A stretch of DNA of 63,992 nt, the filler included, from Candidatus Hydrogenedentota bacterium (GTDB lineage Bacteria; JBFMHD01), in NCBI GenBank assembly GCA_040752395.1. It is 12 parts of 12 records of this genome, joined end to end, with 100 filler letters (N's around TTAATTAATTAA, not from the genome) between each part and the next. Parts side by side here need not be neighbours in the genome. Positions count along the whole stretch, not along the records: positions 1 to 5,704 come from JBFMHD010000180.1; positions 5,805 to 11,417 come from JBFMHD010000181.1; 10 more parts are not named here. One strand, written 5' to 3'. The notes beneath the pieces are model-generated. The model did no database searches, was not told the origin of the DNA, and was given only the letters and a program-made list of their open reading frames with translations. The translations under genes were made by a program, and so were the position numbers. Below are positions 1 to 9,644 of this stretch, piece after piece (positions within the stretch are counted from its first letter, which is position 1; each line of letters starts with the position of its first letter).

Positions 1-2
1 AT

Positions 3-3000
3 AAGGATGCTATCATTTACGAACTTCACGTGAAATCGTTTTTTGATAGTGTAGATGACGGCATCGGTGATTTTCGCGGGCTTATACAAAAACTCGATTA
101 TCTTGAGGGATTAGGGATAAACTGTATTTGGCTCCTACCATTTTATCCTTCCCCACTTAAAGATGACGGGTATGACATAAGTGATTATTTTAACATTCAT
201 TCCTCTTATGGCGCACTCCGTGATTTTCGCCTGTTTTTAAAACAAGCACACCGTCGTAACATGCGAGTTATTACTGAACTTGTATTAAACCATACTTCAG
301 ACCAGCATTTATGGTTTCAGCGTGCACGGTCTGCTCCCCCAGGCTCTATTTACAGAGATTATTATGTATGGAGCGATACCCCGGATAAATATAAGGATGC
401 AAGGATAATCTTCAAGGATTTTGAAAACTCTAACTGGAGCTGGGACCCTGTAGCAAAATCATACTACTGGCATCGGTTTTATTCGCATCAGCCAGATTTG
501 AATTTTGACAACCGTGATGTACAGAGGGAGATATTTAATATTATAGATTTCTGGTTTAAAACCGGGGTTGACGGACTTCGATTAGACGCTGTACCATATC
601 TTTTCGAAGAGGAAGGGACGAACTGCGAGAATTTACCAAAAACGCATTTGTTTTTAAAAAACTTGCGAAAACATATTGATAAAAAATTTAAAAATAGAAT
701 GCTTCTCGCCGAAGCAAACCAGTGGCCTGAAGATTCAGCAAAATATTTCGGTTCGGGTGACGAATGCCATATGGCGTTTCATTTCCCGATTATGCCGCGT
801 ATGTTTATGGCTGTTCAAATGGAAGACAGTTTCCCTATTATAGATATTTTTGAACAAACTCCCCAAATACCTGAAAATTCTCAATGGGCTCTTTTCCTGC
901 GTAACCACGATGAACTGACGCTCGAAATGGTGACAGAGGAAGAAAGGGATTATATGTATCGGGCTTATGCACAAGACTCACGAGCAAAAATTAATCTTGG
1001 TATCAGAAGACGGCTTGCACCTTTACTGAATAATAACCGAAAAAAAATAGAACTTCTTAACATATTACTCTTTTCTCTCCCCGGCACACCGGTTATTTAC
1101 TATGGTGATGAAATCGGTATGGGTGATAATTATCATCTTGGTGACCGTAATGGCGTTCGCACGCCGATGCAATGGAGCCCGGATAGAAATGCTGGCTTCT
1201 CCCGGGCTAACCCTCAAAATCTATATCTCCCTCTAATCATTGACCCTGAATACCATTATGAAGCAATTAATGTTGAAAATCAGGAAAAAAATCTATCATC
1301 ACTTCTCTGGTGGATGAAACGGGTTATTGCTATGAGAAAAAAATTTAAAGCTTTCAGTAGAGGAGATATTTCTTTCGTCTCCACTAATAATCCTAAAATT
1401 CTCGCATTTAGCCGTAAATTTCAGGACGAGATTATATTAATAGTCATAAACCTATCGAGGTTTTCTCAGGTCGTAGACTTAGGCCTCTCTCAATTCGCAG
1501 GTTTTGTCCCAGAAGAAGTGTTTAGCCAGAACAAGTTCCCACCTATTAGAAATTCACCCTATACTTTAATTCTTGGTTCTTACAATACTCACTGGCTATT
1601 ATTGACTGCTGTTAACGAAAAAATAGAATTACATAGAGAAGCTATTTTAAAAAAGTTAGTTCCTGAAATTACTATAAAACGACACCAGCTAAATTTTCAA
1701 GATAGGGAATTTAAAAATATTATACAGAAGATTATCCCTGATTATTTAAAAAAAGTTCAATGGTTCACAAACCGTTTTAAGACTATCTATAAAATCAGGA
1801 TTGTTGACCAGATAAACATTGTTAAAAATACCTGTATTTTTATCTTCGAAATCGGTTTCACTGAAGGCCCCCCTGAACTGTATCTCATCCCTGTCTCTAT
1901 TGTTTCAAAAAGCGATGGCCTTAAGCTTCAGGAAGAAGACCAGAACAGCATCATTGCAAAACTTCTGCCCGGTAAAAGAGAATACTTTTTATGCGATGCT
2001 TTTTACGATGAAAAGTTCCGCAAGTCTCTTTTATCAATTATCTTAAAAGAAAAGAAAATAAAAGGTGAAAAAGGAGAAATTATACCACACCTTAAAAAAA
2101 ATAATAAAAACTTCATCACTGATAACTCATTACTATTATCCTCAACAATTTTAAAAAGCAAACAGCATAATGCTTTAATAACTTACGGTACTGAACTGCT
2201 CCTGAAATCTTTCCGTCGCCTCGATTATGGGCTTAATCCTGAACTTGAAATTGAAAGAATTTTGAAATTTTCAAATATACCACAATATGCAGGAAGTATT
2301 GAATACAACCAGGGAAAAGAATTAAATATTACGCTATGTGTGTTATCAAAACTTATCCCGCACCAGGGTGATGTATGGTCATATACCTTAGACGCAGTAA
2401 GCAGGTTTTATAGTCATACGCTCTCAAAAAAACAGGAGATTAAGATAATCCCAAAAATATCAGGTGTATTTTCAAGGGTAGACTCTATTCCACAAAACAT
2501 AGAGGAGCTAATCAGAACGACTTTCCTTGGTATGATAAAGTTATTAGGGATACGCACTGCGGAATTACATTTAGCACTTACTTCTGTTTCAGATAATCCT
2601 GATTTTGTGCCTGAACATTTTTCAATGCTCTACCAGCGCTCGGTTTATCAATCAATGCGAAACCAGACCCGTAGAGCGTTCAGTTTACTCTTAAAAAATA
2701 TAAATGATCTGCCGCGGGATATACAGGATGACGCACAGTTTGTATTAAAATCAGAAAAAAATATCATCAACTATTTCCAAAAAATATATCAGAATAAATT
2801 ATCAGTATTAAAAATGCGAATACACGGGAACTATCATCTTGAGCAGATTCTTTTTACAGGTAAGGATTTTATCATTGCGGATTTTGAAGGAGATACAACA
2901 CGACCGATTAGTGAGCGCCGATTGAAACGTTCCCCACTCCGTGATATCGCGGGTATAATCCGTTCGTTTCATTATGTTGCACTTAAGGTTCTTTATCAGC

Positions 3001-3275
3001 ATCCATCTATCAGGAAGGAAGATATGGACTATCTTGAAGATTGGGCTAACATCTGGTGGTATTATGTAAGCAACGCTTTCCTTAAATCATATATAGATAC
3101 CATAAAGGATAAACCGATTGTTCCAGAACAGAAAGATGAGTTCGACCTTTTGCTTAATCTCTTTATTTTGAATAAAGCAATCTACGAACTCGAATACGAA
3201 CTCATCAACCGTTCCAGCTGGGTAATTATCCCGATTAAAGGCATCAAGCATTTTATAGAAAACTATTTAACCTGA
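3..3275 (+). CDS. treS: Trehalose synthase (GH13) fused to maltokinase Pep2/Mak; 5' truncated by window edge
   Basis: Frame open from nt 3 (KDAIIYELHV); GH13 motifs DDGYD, GLRLDAVPY, AEANQWPE, FLRNHDELTLE; C-terminal kinase-like RIHGNYHLEQIL, DFEG, SPLRDIAG. Confidence 0.93.
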   Translation, partial: KDAIIYELHVKSFFDSVDDGIGDFRGLIQKLDYLEGLGINCIWLLPFYPSPLKDDGYDISDYFNIHSSYGALRDFRLFLKQAHRRNMRVITELVLNHTSDQHLWFQRARSAPPGSIYRDYYVWSDTPDKYKDARIIFKDFENSNWSWDPVAKSYYWHRFYSHQPDLNFDNRDVQREIFNIIDFWFKTGVDGLRLDAVPYLFEEEGTNCENLPKTHLFLKNLRKHIDKKFKNRMLLAEANQWPEDSAKYFGSGDECHMAFHFPIMPRMFMAVQMEDSFPIIDIFEQTPQIPENSQWALFLRNHDELTLEMVTEEERDYMYRAYAQDSRAKINLGIRRRLAPLLNNNRKKIELLNILLFSLPGTPVIYYGDEIGMGDNYHLGDRNGVRTPMQWSPDRNAGFSRANPQNLYLPLIIDPEYHYEAINVENQEKNLSSLLWWMKRVIAMRKKFKAFSRGDISFVSTNNPKILAFSRKFQDEIILIVINLSRFSQVVDLGLSQFAGFVPEEVFSQNKFPPIRNSPYTLILGSYNTHWLLLTAVNEKIELHREAILKKLVPEITIKRHQLNFQDREFKNIIQKIIPDYLKKVQWFTNRFKTIYKIRIVDQINIVKNTCIFIFEIGFTEGPPELYLIPVSIVSKSDGLKLQEEDQNSIIAKLLPGKREYFLCDAFYDEKFRKSLLSIILKEKKIKGEKGEIIPHLKKNNKNFITDNSLLLSSTILKSKQHNALITYGTELLLKSFRRLDYGLNPELEIERILKFSNIPQYAGSIEYNQGKELNITLCVLSKLIPHQGDVWSYTLDAVSRFYSHTLSKKQEIKIIPKISGVFSRVDSIPQNIEELIRTTFLGMIKLLGIRTAELHLALTSVSDNPDFVPEHFSMLYQRSVYQSMRNQTRRAFSLLLKNINDLPRDIQDDAQFVLKSEKNIINYFQKIYQNKLSVLKMRIHGNYHLEQILFTGKDFIIADFEGDTTRPISERRLKRSPLRDIAGIIRSFHYVALKVLYQHPSIRKEDMDYLEDWANIWWYYVSNAFLKSYIDTIKDKPIVPEQKDEFDLLLNLFILNKAIYELEYELINRSSWVIIPIKGIKHFIENYLT

Positions 3276-3514
3276 CCGCTATGTAGGTAGTCAAGTCTAA
3301 TGTTGTTTCATATCACGAAATGCATTCTCTAAACTCTAGCGACCTGATATTCGGGTTAACACATCTTCAATGGATAGATTTATATCAGTGCAGAAGAAAC
3401 AAGTAATCCCTTTCTTGTTCGGATATTTTACAATGAATACTCGTATTATCGAACCAGCTGGTTTCCAATATGCTGTAAATGTCTGCAACGAAATAGTAAC
3501 TTTTTTACGAATGA

Positions 3515-3730
3515 ACCGAAATATTTGACCCCTTAGATTTTCTTGCAGCCGTAACTCAGCATATCCCCAACAAGGGCGACCACCTCATCAATTACTATGG
3601 GTGGTATTCAAATAAGTCTCGAGGAATGAGACGCAAACAGTCTGCTGTCTATATACCGCTGCAACTTCAAAATCAGGATGAGCAGGATATTTCAACCAAA
3701 CAAGCAAAAATGTCCTGGGCAGCACGCAGT
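3515..3730 (+). pseudogene. IS91-family (Y2) transposase C-terminal remnant
   Basis: Manual translation from 3521: IFDPLDFLAAVTQHIPNKGDHLINYYGWYSNKSRGMRRK...SWA; in-frame stop just upstream. Confidence 0.7.
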
Positions 3731-3783
3731 CCACCATTGCCTGAAGAATAGGAGAGAAAATTATCTTGTTCCAGTTGTAGGAA

Positions 3784-3882
3784 GTGGAATGTAGAGGATT
3801 ATCCCAAAAGCTCAAACTGAGCAACAGAAATGGGCAAAAGAACTTATATTAAAACTCGCTTTTAAAGAAAATGAGTGGGTTG
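3784..3882 (+). pseudogene. N-terminal remnant of a Tam-like SAM methyltransferase
   Basis: Fragments WNVEDYPKSS and QQKWAKELILKLAFKENEWV, disrupted between them. Confidence 0.4.
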
Positions 3883-3912
3883 CCATCAAGAAAAACTTTA
3901 TGTAAAATCAAC

Positions 3913-3941
3913 TTGACAAAAAGTAATATTATTTGTATAAT
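3913..3941 (+). promoter_or_regulatory. Perfect sigma70 promoter TTGACA-N17-TATAAT
   Basis: TTGACA 3913-3918, TATAAT 3936-3941. Confidence 0.8.
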
Positions 3942-3947
3942 ATAATT

Positions 3948-5117
3948 ATGATTAAACCCAGATTAATCTTAGGGAAGATTAAACCCTATCTTCTTTTACC
4001 TGAAGCAATTATTATTACCGGAATGAGACAAACAGGTAAAACTACACTCTTAAATTATATCTATGACCAGATTAATTCTCGTAATAAAATTTTCTTAGAC
4101 CTTGAAAACCCTTTAAATAGGAGGTATTTTGAAGAGACAAACTATGAAAGGATAAAAAAAACCTTAGAGGTTTTGGGTATAGATTTTACTAAACAAGCCT
4201 TTATATTTTGTGATGAGATTCACTTTGTAAGGAATCTACCTTCTGTAGTTAAATATTTTATTGACCACTATAAAGTAAAGTTTTTCCTCACTGGTTCAGC
4301 CAGTTTCTACTTAAAGAACCTTTTTACCGAGTCTCTTTCTGGGAGAAAATACATCTTTGAGCTTTTTCCGCTTACCTTTGGTGAATTTCTTCTGTTTAAG
4401 GATGTAACTTTAAAGATACCACAAGAAGCAAAAGATATTACCCCTTCAATCTTTGAGACTATCTCCTGCTGGTATGAAGAATATATTTTATTTGGTGGAT
4501 TTCCTGGTGTAGTTTTAAAAACAAATCCTTCTGAAAAGAAGAAGATGCTTGAGGAAATTTTTACCTCCTTCTATCAATTAGAAGTAAGACAAATAGGAGA
4601 TTTTCGCAAGAATGAAATAATCAGGGATTTAATCTTACTTTTGATGCAACGCGTTGGCTTTAAATTAGATATTCAAAGGCTTTCCAAAGAATTAAGGATT
4701 TCTCGCCTCACCCTGAATGAATATATCTCTTTTCTTGAAGGGACTTATTTTATAAAAAGGGTCCGGCCTTTTAGTCAAGGTAAAGATACAGAGATCAGGA
4801 AGATGCCCAAGGTTTATCTTTGTGATAGTGGTCTTTGTAATCATTTTGCCAGATTAGATATGGGTGTTATTTTTGAAAATAGTGTTTTCCAAAATTTAAG
4901 GACAAAAGGCGAGATTAATTATTACCAGAGAAAAAGCGGGACAGAAATTGATTTTATCCTGAATAAAAAAGAGGCATATGAGGTAAAATTAACGCCGCAA
5001 GCCCCTGATTTAAGAAAACTAAAGGAGGTAGGAGACAAACTAAAATTAGAAAGCTCTAACATCATCTGCAAAAACTACTCTGAACTAAGTGATATTATCT
5101 ATGCCTTTATGTTATAA
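3948..5117 (+). CDS. AAA_14 ATPase with DUF4143-type C-terminus
   Basis: Walker A GMRQTGKT, Walker B FCDEIH, LTGSAS, GGFPGVV, EIDFIL; ATG 3948 preferred over TTG 3933. Confidence 0.85.
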   Translation: MIKPRLILGKIKPYLLLPEAIIITGMRQTGKTTLLNYIYDQINSRNKIFLDLENPLNRRYFEETNYERIKKTLEVLGIDFTKQAFIFCDEIHFVRNLPSVVKYFIDHYKVKFFLTGSASFYLKNLFTESLSGRKYIFELFPLTFGEFLLFKDVTLKIPQEAKDITPSIFETISCWYEEYILFGGFPGVVLKTNPSEKKKMLEEIFTSFYQLEVRQIGDFRKNEIIRDLILLLMQRVGFKLDIQRLSKELRISRLTLNEYISFLEGTYFIKRVRPFSQGKDTEIRKMPKVYLCDSGLCNHFARLDMGVIFENSVFQNLRTKGEINYYQRKSGTEIDFILNKKEAYEVKLTPQAPDLRKLKEVGDKLKLESSNIICKNYSELSDIIYAFML

Positions 5118-5272
5118 TTTTGCCATTATGCTATAGCCGAAATGGTGAGAAAAAGCAGTTTGGGGACTTTACGATATCTTTGTTAGAGCAAAACTACCTA
5201 AAGAATTGATGACTTTCACCCCACCTTATGATATACTTATTACAATGTCGAAAGGGATGAGAGAGAGCTTTA

Positions 5273-5408
5273 TATACTGCTCCCCTGAAACGTGAGACAC
5301 TTTAAAGGGGGAGGAAAAGAGGCACAAAGGCACAAAGTGACACAGACACAAAGTTTTTTCTTGTGTGTGTCTTTGCCTGCCTGCCGCACCGAGCGCGGCG
5401 CAGGCAGA
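5273..5408 (+). repeat. Mosaic element copy (CCCTGAAACGTGAGACAC module + GGCACAAA octamers + CCTGCC hairpin)
   Basis: 5273-5337 matches 11580-11645; 5346-5377 matches 28864-28895. Confidence 0.8.
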
Positions 5409-5804
5409 TGTCTTTGATACCTCCTCCCTAAATTTTTTGTAAAATATAATATATCTTTTTCTCCTTTTATTATAAACACAATTTTTGGGTCTTTCGTAAT
5501 TAAGTTGCAATTTAAATTAATAAATTGTATGGGAGGCGGCCGGTGGACAGCGGTTTTTGGGAAGGTTTTAGGAAACCTTTTCTTGAGTTTGACAGTTTAC
5601 GGAGTGGCAGATATCAAAAAAGTCAATTAAACCCCAATAAATGCACTTTATAGGCAAAAAAGATTTTAAAATTCTAAAAGCGTAGTGAAAACTATTTTAT
5701 TAAANNNNNNNNNNNNNNNNNNNNNNNNNNNNNNNNNNNNNNNNNNNNTTAATTAATTAANNNNNNNNNNNNNNNNNNNNNNNNNNNNNNNNNNNNNNNN
5801 NNNN

Positions 5805-6082
5805 TGCTGATATATTTTATTAAATGGATCTTTATCAAAGTAGTTTAAATCACGTGCTATATAAAAAATGCTCTGAACTTCAGCAGCAGATGCTTTAGAA
5901 ATAAATAAAAAATTTGATTGTCTTGAGAAGTCTTCTGGTATATTAGACATTATTGAAACCTCAGCTCGTAAACCTTGATCTTTTCTGAACTTTTCACTAT
6001 TATTTATAGTTTCATAAATCAATTTCACAAGAATTCTTGCCTCTTTCCAGCAATCTAAATCTTCAAACCTCTTTATTCTCAT
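5805..6082 (-). CDS. Four-helix-bundle protein (23S rRNA IVP / bAvd-like); 3' end lost in gap, apparently with small in-frame deletions
   Basis: RFEDLDCWKEA, VSIMSNI, FLFISKASAAEVQS, DLNY. Confidence 0.8.
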
Positions 6083-6118
6083 TCCTTACCTCGCTCCTTC
6101 TTTCTTAACGCAAGAACG

Positions 6119-9100
6119 CTATAACGTCATTAACGCGGCTTCAACAACTGCGGACAGCTGTTCCAGCTTGAAATTTCTGACAAATATTCCGCGTTTCGGG
6201 CAGGTTGCCATACAGTTGCCGCAACCATGACATAATTTTATATCCACCTCAACAGTCTTTTTGACAAGGCCTTCTCTCATGTATTCTATCAACGTGATAG
6301 CTTTATACGGGCAGGGATCAATACAGTATGCGCAGCCATCACAATTAGCATCTATGACTTCAGAGATTCTTGGTTCTATTTCCATTTTGTCTTTGGATAA
6401 AATAACTCCGGCACGTGTTGCAGCAGCCATTGCCTGCAGAATTGTTTCAGGAACGTTTTTCGGACCGTGTGCGGTACCGCAGACAAACACTCCCTCAGTT
6501 GCAAAATCAACGGGTCGTAACTTCATATGAGCTTCAAGAAAAAAGTTGTCGGCATTAAGCGGTACTTTTAATTTCTGGGCTATATCATTGTTGGTTTCAT
6601 TGGCTTCAATAGCTGATGATAATACAACAAGGTCAGTTGGTAAATCAAGTGTGGTATTGAGTATTATATCCTTTACCGACACGTTCAAGGTATCGCCATT
6701 AATGTTAACACCTGGTTTCTCTCCATCAAACCTTACGAATATAATGCCTGACTCTCTTGCTTTTCTGTAAAGTTTTTCATAAAAACCATAAGTTCTGATA
6801 TCTTTATGCAGGATATAAACATTTATATCAGGACTGATTTCCTTTAATTTTAATGCGTTCTTTATTGCGGTAGAACAGCAGACGCGGCTACAGTATTCTC
6901 GTGGTGCTTCGCGCGAACCCACACATTGAATCATAACTACGGTATTTGCGTTGTTGCGTTGTTGCGTTATTGCGTTGTTTGATAATTTTTCTTCGAGTTC
7001 CATCTGCGTTATAATATTTTTGTTTTGACCGTAGAGATATTCAGTTGGTTTATATTCTTTAGCACCTGTTGCAACGATTATAACGCCGTGACTGATCTTC
7101 TTTTCACCATCTGGAGTTTTGAGAGTCGTTTCAAATTTCGGTATACTGCCTTGTATGGCAGATACTTCGGAATTAAGATAAACGGATATAAGCTTGTTGC
7201 TTTTTACTTTGGAGATAACATCGTTCAATTTATTTACGATATCTCCATCAGCGCTGTAATGAATCTTTTTAGTCAGACCGCCGAGTTCACCGGTTTTTTC
7301 AACAAGATGCACGGAAAACCCGCTCCCTGCAAGTTCGAGTCCAGCGGTCATACCCGCTATGCCGCCGCCTATTACAAGCGCAGATTTTGTGATCTCAACA
7401 AACTGTGGATATAAACTATCATTAAACTTGACTTTGGTAACAGCCATTCTTATAAGGTCTTTAGCTTTTTCAGTGGCTAAATTCGGCTGATGCATATGTA
7501 CCCACGAACACTGGTCTCTAATATTAGCCATCTCAAAAAGATAGGGATTTAATCCTGCGGATTTTAAGGTATCCATAAAGAGCGGTTCGTGTGTTCTCGG
7601 TGTGCAGGAAGCTACCACCACGCGGTTTAAACCTTTTTCTATAATAACGTTTTTTATTTTTTCGCAGGTATCAGCTGAACAGGTGTATAGATTATTCTCG
7701 CAATAGACAACGTTCGGCAGAGTTTTAGCGTATTCAACAGTCTCAGGAACGTTTACCACGCTGGCGATGTTTGTACCACAGTGACAGATAAATACACCGA
7801 CTTTTGGTTCCTCTTTGCTCACATCTCTTTCAGGTGGGTATTCTTTTTGGGTTAAAAGCTGGCCTCGTACGTCACTTAACAGACTTAAGCACTTTGAAAC
7901 AGCAGCATCTGATTCCATAACAGTCTCAGGTATATCTTTAGGTCCTGTTGAGACACCGGCTACGAAAACGCCATCGATATTGGTCTTGACCGGATTCAGA
8001 GGGTCAGTATCAATAAACCCGTCATCATTTTCTTTAAGATTGAGTAAACTAGCTAACATTTTTGTAGGTCCTGAATATATGCCGACGCAAAGCACAACAA
8101 GGTCAAACTCTTCTTCAATCACTTCTGCTTCTTTACCTATATATTGAAGTTTAAGGTTTTTTGTGCTTGGGATCTGCTTTAGCGTTGAAGGGCTTGCTTT
8201 AATATAGCGAATACCTTGTTTCTTTGCTCTTTCATAATATAATTCATAACCTTTGCCGAAGGCGCGTATGTCTCTATAAAAGATAGTGCATTCAAGGTCA
8301 TGTTTGTGTTCTTTGGCAATGACTGCTTCTTTTGTTGCGTACATACAGCATACCGAAGAACAATACATTCTTTCAGTATCTCTTGATCCTACGCATTGTA
8401 TGAATGCTACTTTTTTAGGTTCGGTTTTATCATAAGGACGTAGTATATGACCTGCAAAAGGACCGGAAGCTGAAAGTATTCTTTCAAACTCAAGCGAGGT
8501 AATAACGTTCGGATACCTGCGGTATCCGAATTCACCAGCGGCTTCGGGATTAAATACTTCATAGCCAGGTGTTAGTATAACAGCACCGACAGAAAGCTCG
8601 CTTGTTTTATCCTGGTCATCATAATTGATAGCTTCAGCCTGGCATACCATTTTACAAATTCCGCAGTCATCATAGTTAAGGTGGATGCAGGCGTTTTTAT
8701 CAATCACTGGTTTATTGGGCACCATCTGCGGATACATAAGATAAATAGATGAACGACTGTCAATCCCCTGATTAAAATCGTTGGGGATAGGTTTTGGTTT
8801 TCGATTGCTTGAAGATGTAGAGATAGTTTTACCTGTTGGGCAGATAAAATCACAGGCTCTGCAGACCCAGCATTCCTCACTGTTTTTACTGAACGGTGTT
8901 TCAACTTTTCTTCGAGGGCCGCGGCCGATAAAACCGAGTGCTTTTCGTCCCATTCGTTCTTCGCACATCCTCACGCATAATCCACAGTAAACACAATCTT
9001 CATTCTTCTTTTTTATTCTGACCTCTTTCACGCCTAAATCAGAGGCTATCTTTTGTATAATTGGTGAATCTGGACATCTGGCGAGCAATAATTCTGCAAT

Positions 9101-9364
9101 TATTTTTCTTGCATTTTTTACCCGGTCAGTATCGGTTTGGATAGACAGGCCATTTAACGCGGGGTAAGAGCAGGAAGCCTGAAGCGATGGGGCTCTGCCT
9201 TGCTGATGCACCTCAACAAGACATAGTCTGCAAGCGCCATAAGGCACAAGCGCTTTATGATGGCATAAGGTCGGGACTTTTAATCCCATCATTTCAATGC
9301 ATTGAAGCAGCGTTTTATCTTCAGGGAACTCTTTTTTTATACCGTTGATAGTTAATTCAACCAC
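6119..9364 (-). CDS. NuoG/HydA-type 2Fe-2S N-terminus fused to heterodisulfide reductase A-like modules
   Basis: PTLCHH/GACRLC, CVYCGLC; two QCVGSR...YCSxVCC motifs; GVFICHCGTNI, ASCTPRTHEPLF, NIRDQCSWVH, GGGIAG; C-terminal ferredoxin. Confidence 0.85.
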   Translation of the reverse strand: MVELTINGIKKEFPEDKTLLQCIEMMGLKVPTLCHHKALVPYGACRLCLVEVHQQGRAPSLQASCSYPALNGLSIQTDTDRVKNARKIIAELLLARCPDSPIIQKIASDLGVKEVRIKKKNEDCVYCGLCVRMCEERMGRKALGFIGRGPRRKVETPFSKNSEECWVCRACDFICPTGKTISTSSSNRKPKPIPNDFNQGIDSRSSIYLMYPQMVPNKPVIDKNACIHLNYDDCGICKMVCQAEAINYDDQDKTSELSVGAVILTPGYEVFNPEAAGEFGYRRYPNVITSLEFERILSASGPFAGHILRPYDKTEPKKVAFIQCVGSRDTERMYCSSVCCMYATKEAVIAKEHKHDLECTIFYRDIRAFGKGYELYYERAKKQGIRYIKASPSTLKQIPSTKNLKLQYIGKEAEVIEEEFDLVVLCVGIYSGPTKMLASLLNLKENDDGFIDTDPLNPVKTNIDGVFVAGVSTGPKDIPETVMESDAAVSKCLSLLSDVRGQLLTQKEYPPERDVSKEEPKVGVFICHCGTNIASVVNVPETVEYAKTLPNVVYCENNLYTCSADTCEKIKNVIIEKGLNRVVVASCTPRTHEPLFMDTLKSAGLNPYLFEMANIRDQCSWVHMHQPNLATEKAKDLIRMAVTKVKFNDSLYPQFVEITKSALVIGGGIAGMTAGLELAGSGFSVHLVEKTGELGGLTKKIHYSADGDIVNKLNDVISKVKSNKLISVYLNSEVSAIQGSIPKFETTLKTPDGEKKISHGVIIVATGAKEYKPTEYLYGQNKNIITQMELEEKLSNNAITQQRNNANTVVMIQCVGSREAPREYCSRVCCSTAIKNALKLKEISPDINVYILHKDIRTYGFYEKLYRKARESGIIFVRFDGEKPGVNINGDTLNVSVKDIILNTTLDLPTDLVVLSSAIEANETNNDIAQKLKVPLNADNFFLEAHMKLRPVDFATEGVFVCGTAHGPKNVPETILQAMAAATRAGVILSKDKMEIEPRISEVIDANCDGCAYCIDPCPYKAITLIEYMREGLVKKTVEVDIKLCHGCGNCMATCPKRGIFVRNFKLEQLSAVVEAALMTL
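6946..6977. repeat. Intragenic (TTGCGTTR)x4 octamer array inside the HdrA-like gene
   Basis: Encodes NAITQQRNNAN; same unit occurs intergenically at 15039-15054. Confidence 0.8.
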
Positions 9365-9380
9365 AAAGCTCTCCTAAATA

Positions 9381-9644
9381 GGCACAGAGGCACAGAGGCA
9401 CAAAGTTAAGAACCTCTTATTTTCTTTATTAAACTACCGAGCATACGTTCAATCTCACGAGATAATTCATAAATTTTTTCAAAAGTTTCTTTGTTAATAT
9501 AATTTAAATCAAAAGCAATTTCTATTTGGGTCTGCATTTCATAAATTGAACTTTGAGACATTACTCATTGATTTTTGCCAGACTATCAAATCTTTATAAG
9601 TTTTCATACTCTGTGCCTTTGCCACTTTGTGCCTTTGTGCCTTG
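9381..9644. mobile_element. Cassette: inverted GGCACA(G/A)A octamer arrays bracketing the four-helix-bundle pseudogene
   Basis: ggcacaga repeats 9381-9405 and reverse-complementary tgtgcc repeats 9608-9644 abut the stop and start codons. Confidence 0.65.
9406..9607 (-). pseudogene. Four-helix-bundle (23S-IVP/bAvd-like) gene with internal deletion/frameshift; absent from ORF track
   Basis: ATG 9607: MKTYKDLIVWQKSM; second frame: SSIYEMQTQIEIAFDLNYINKETFEKIYELSREIERMLGSLIKKIRGS* (TAA 9406-9408). Confidence 0.85.

Noticed and set aside
5226-5510. Short ORFs at 5226, 5270, 22962, 28131, 51191, 51333
   Set aside because: Largely translations of repeat elements or antisense sequence
5805-9607. 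Diversity-generating retroelement (Avd-like genes)
   Set aside because: No reverse transcriptase and no TR/VR pair with adenine-specific mismatches seen
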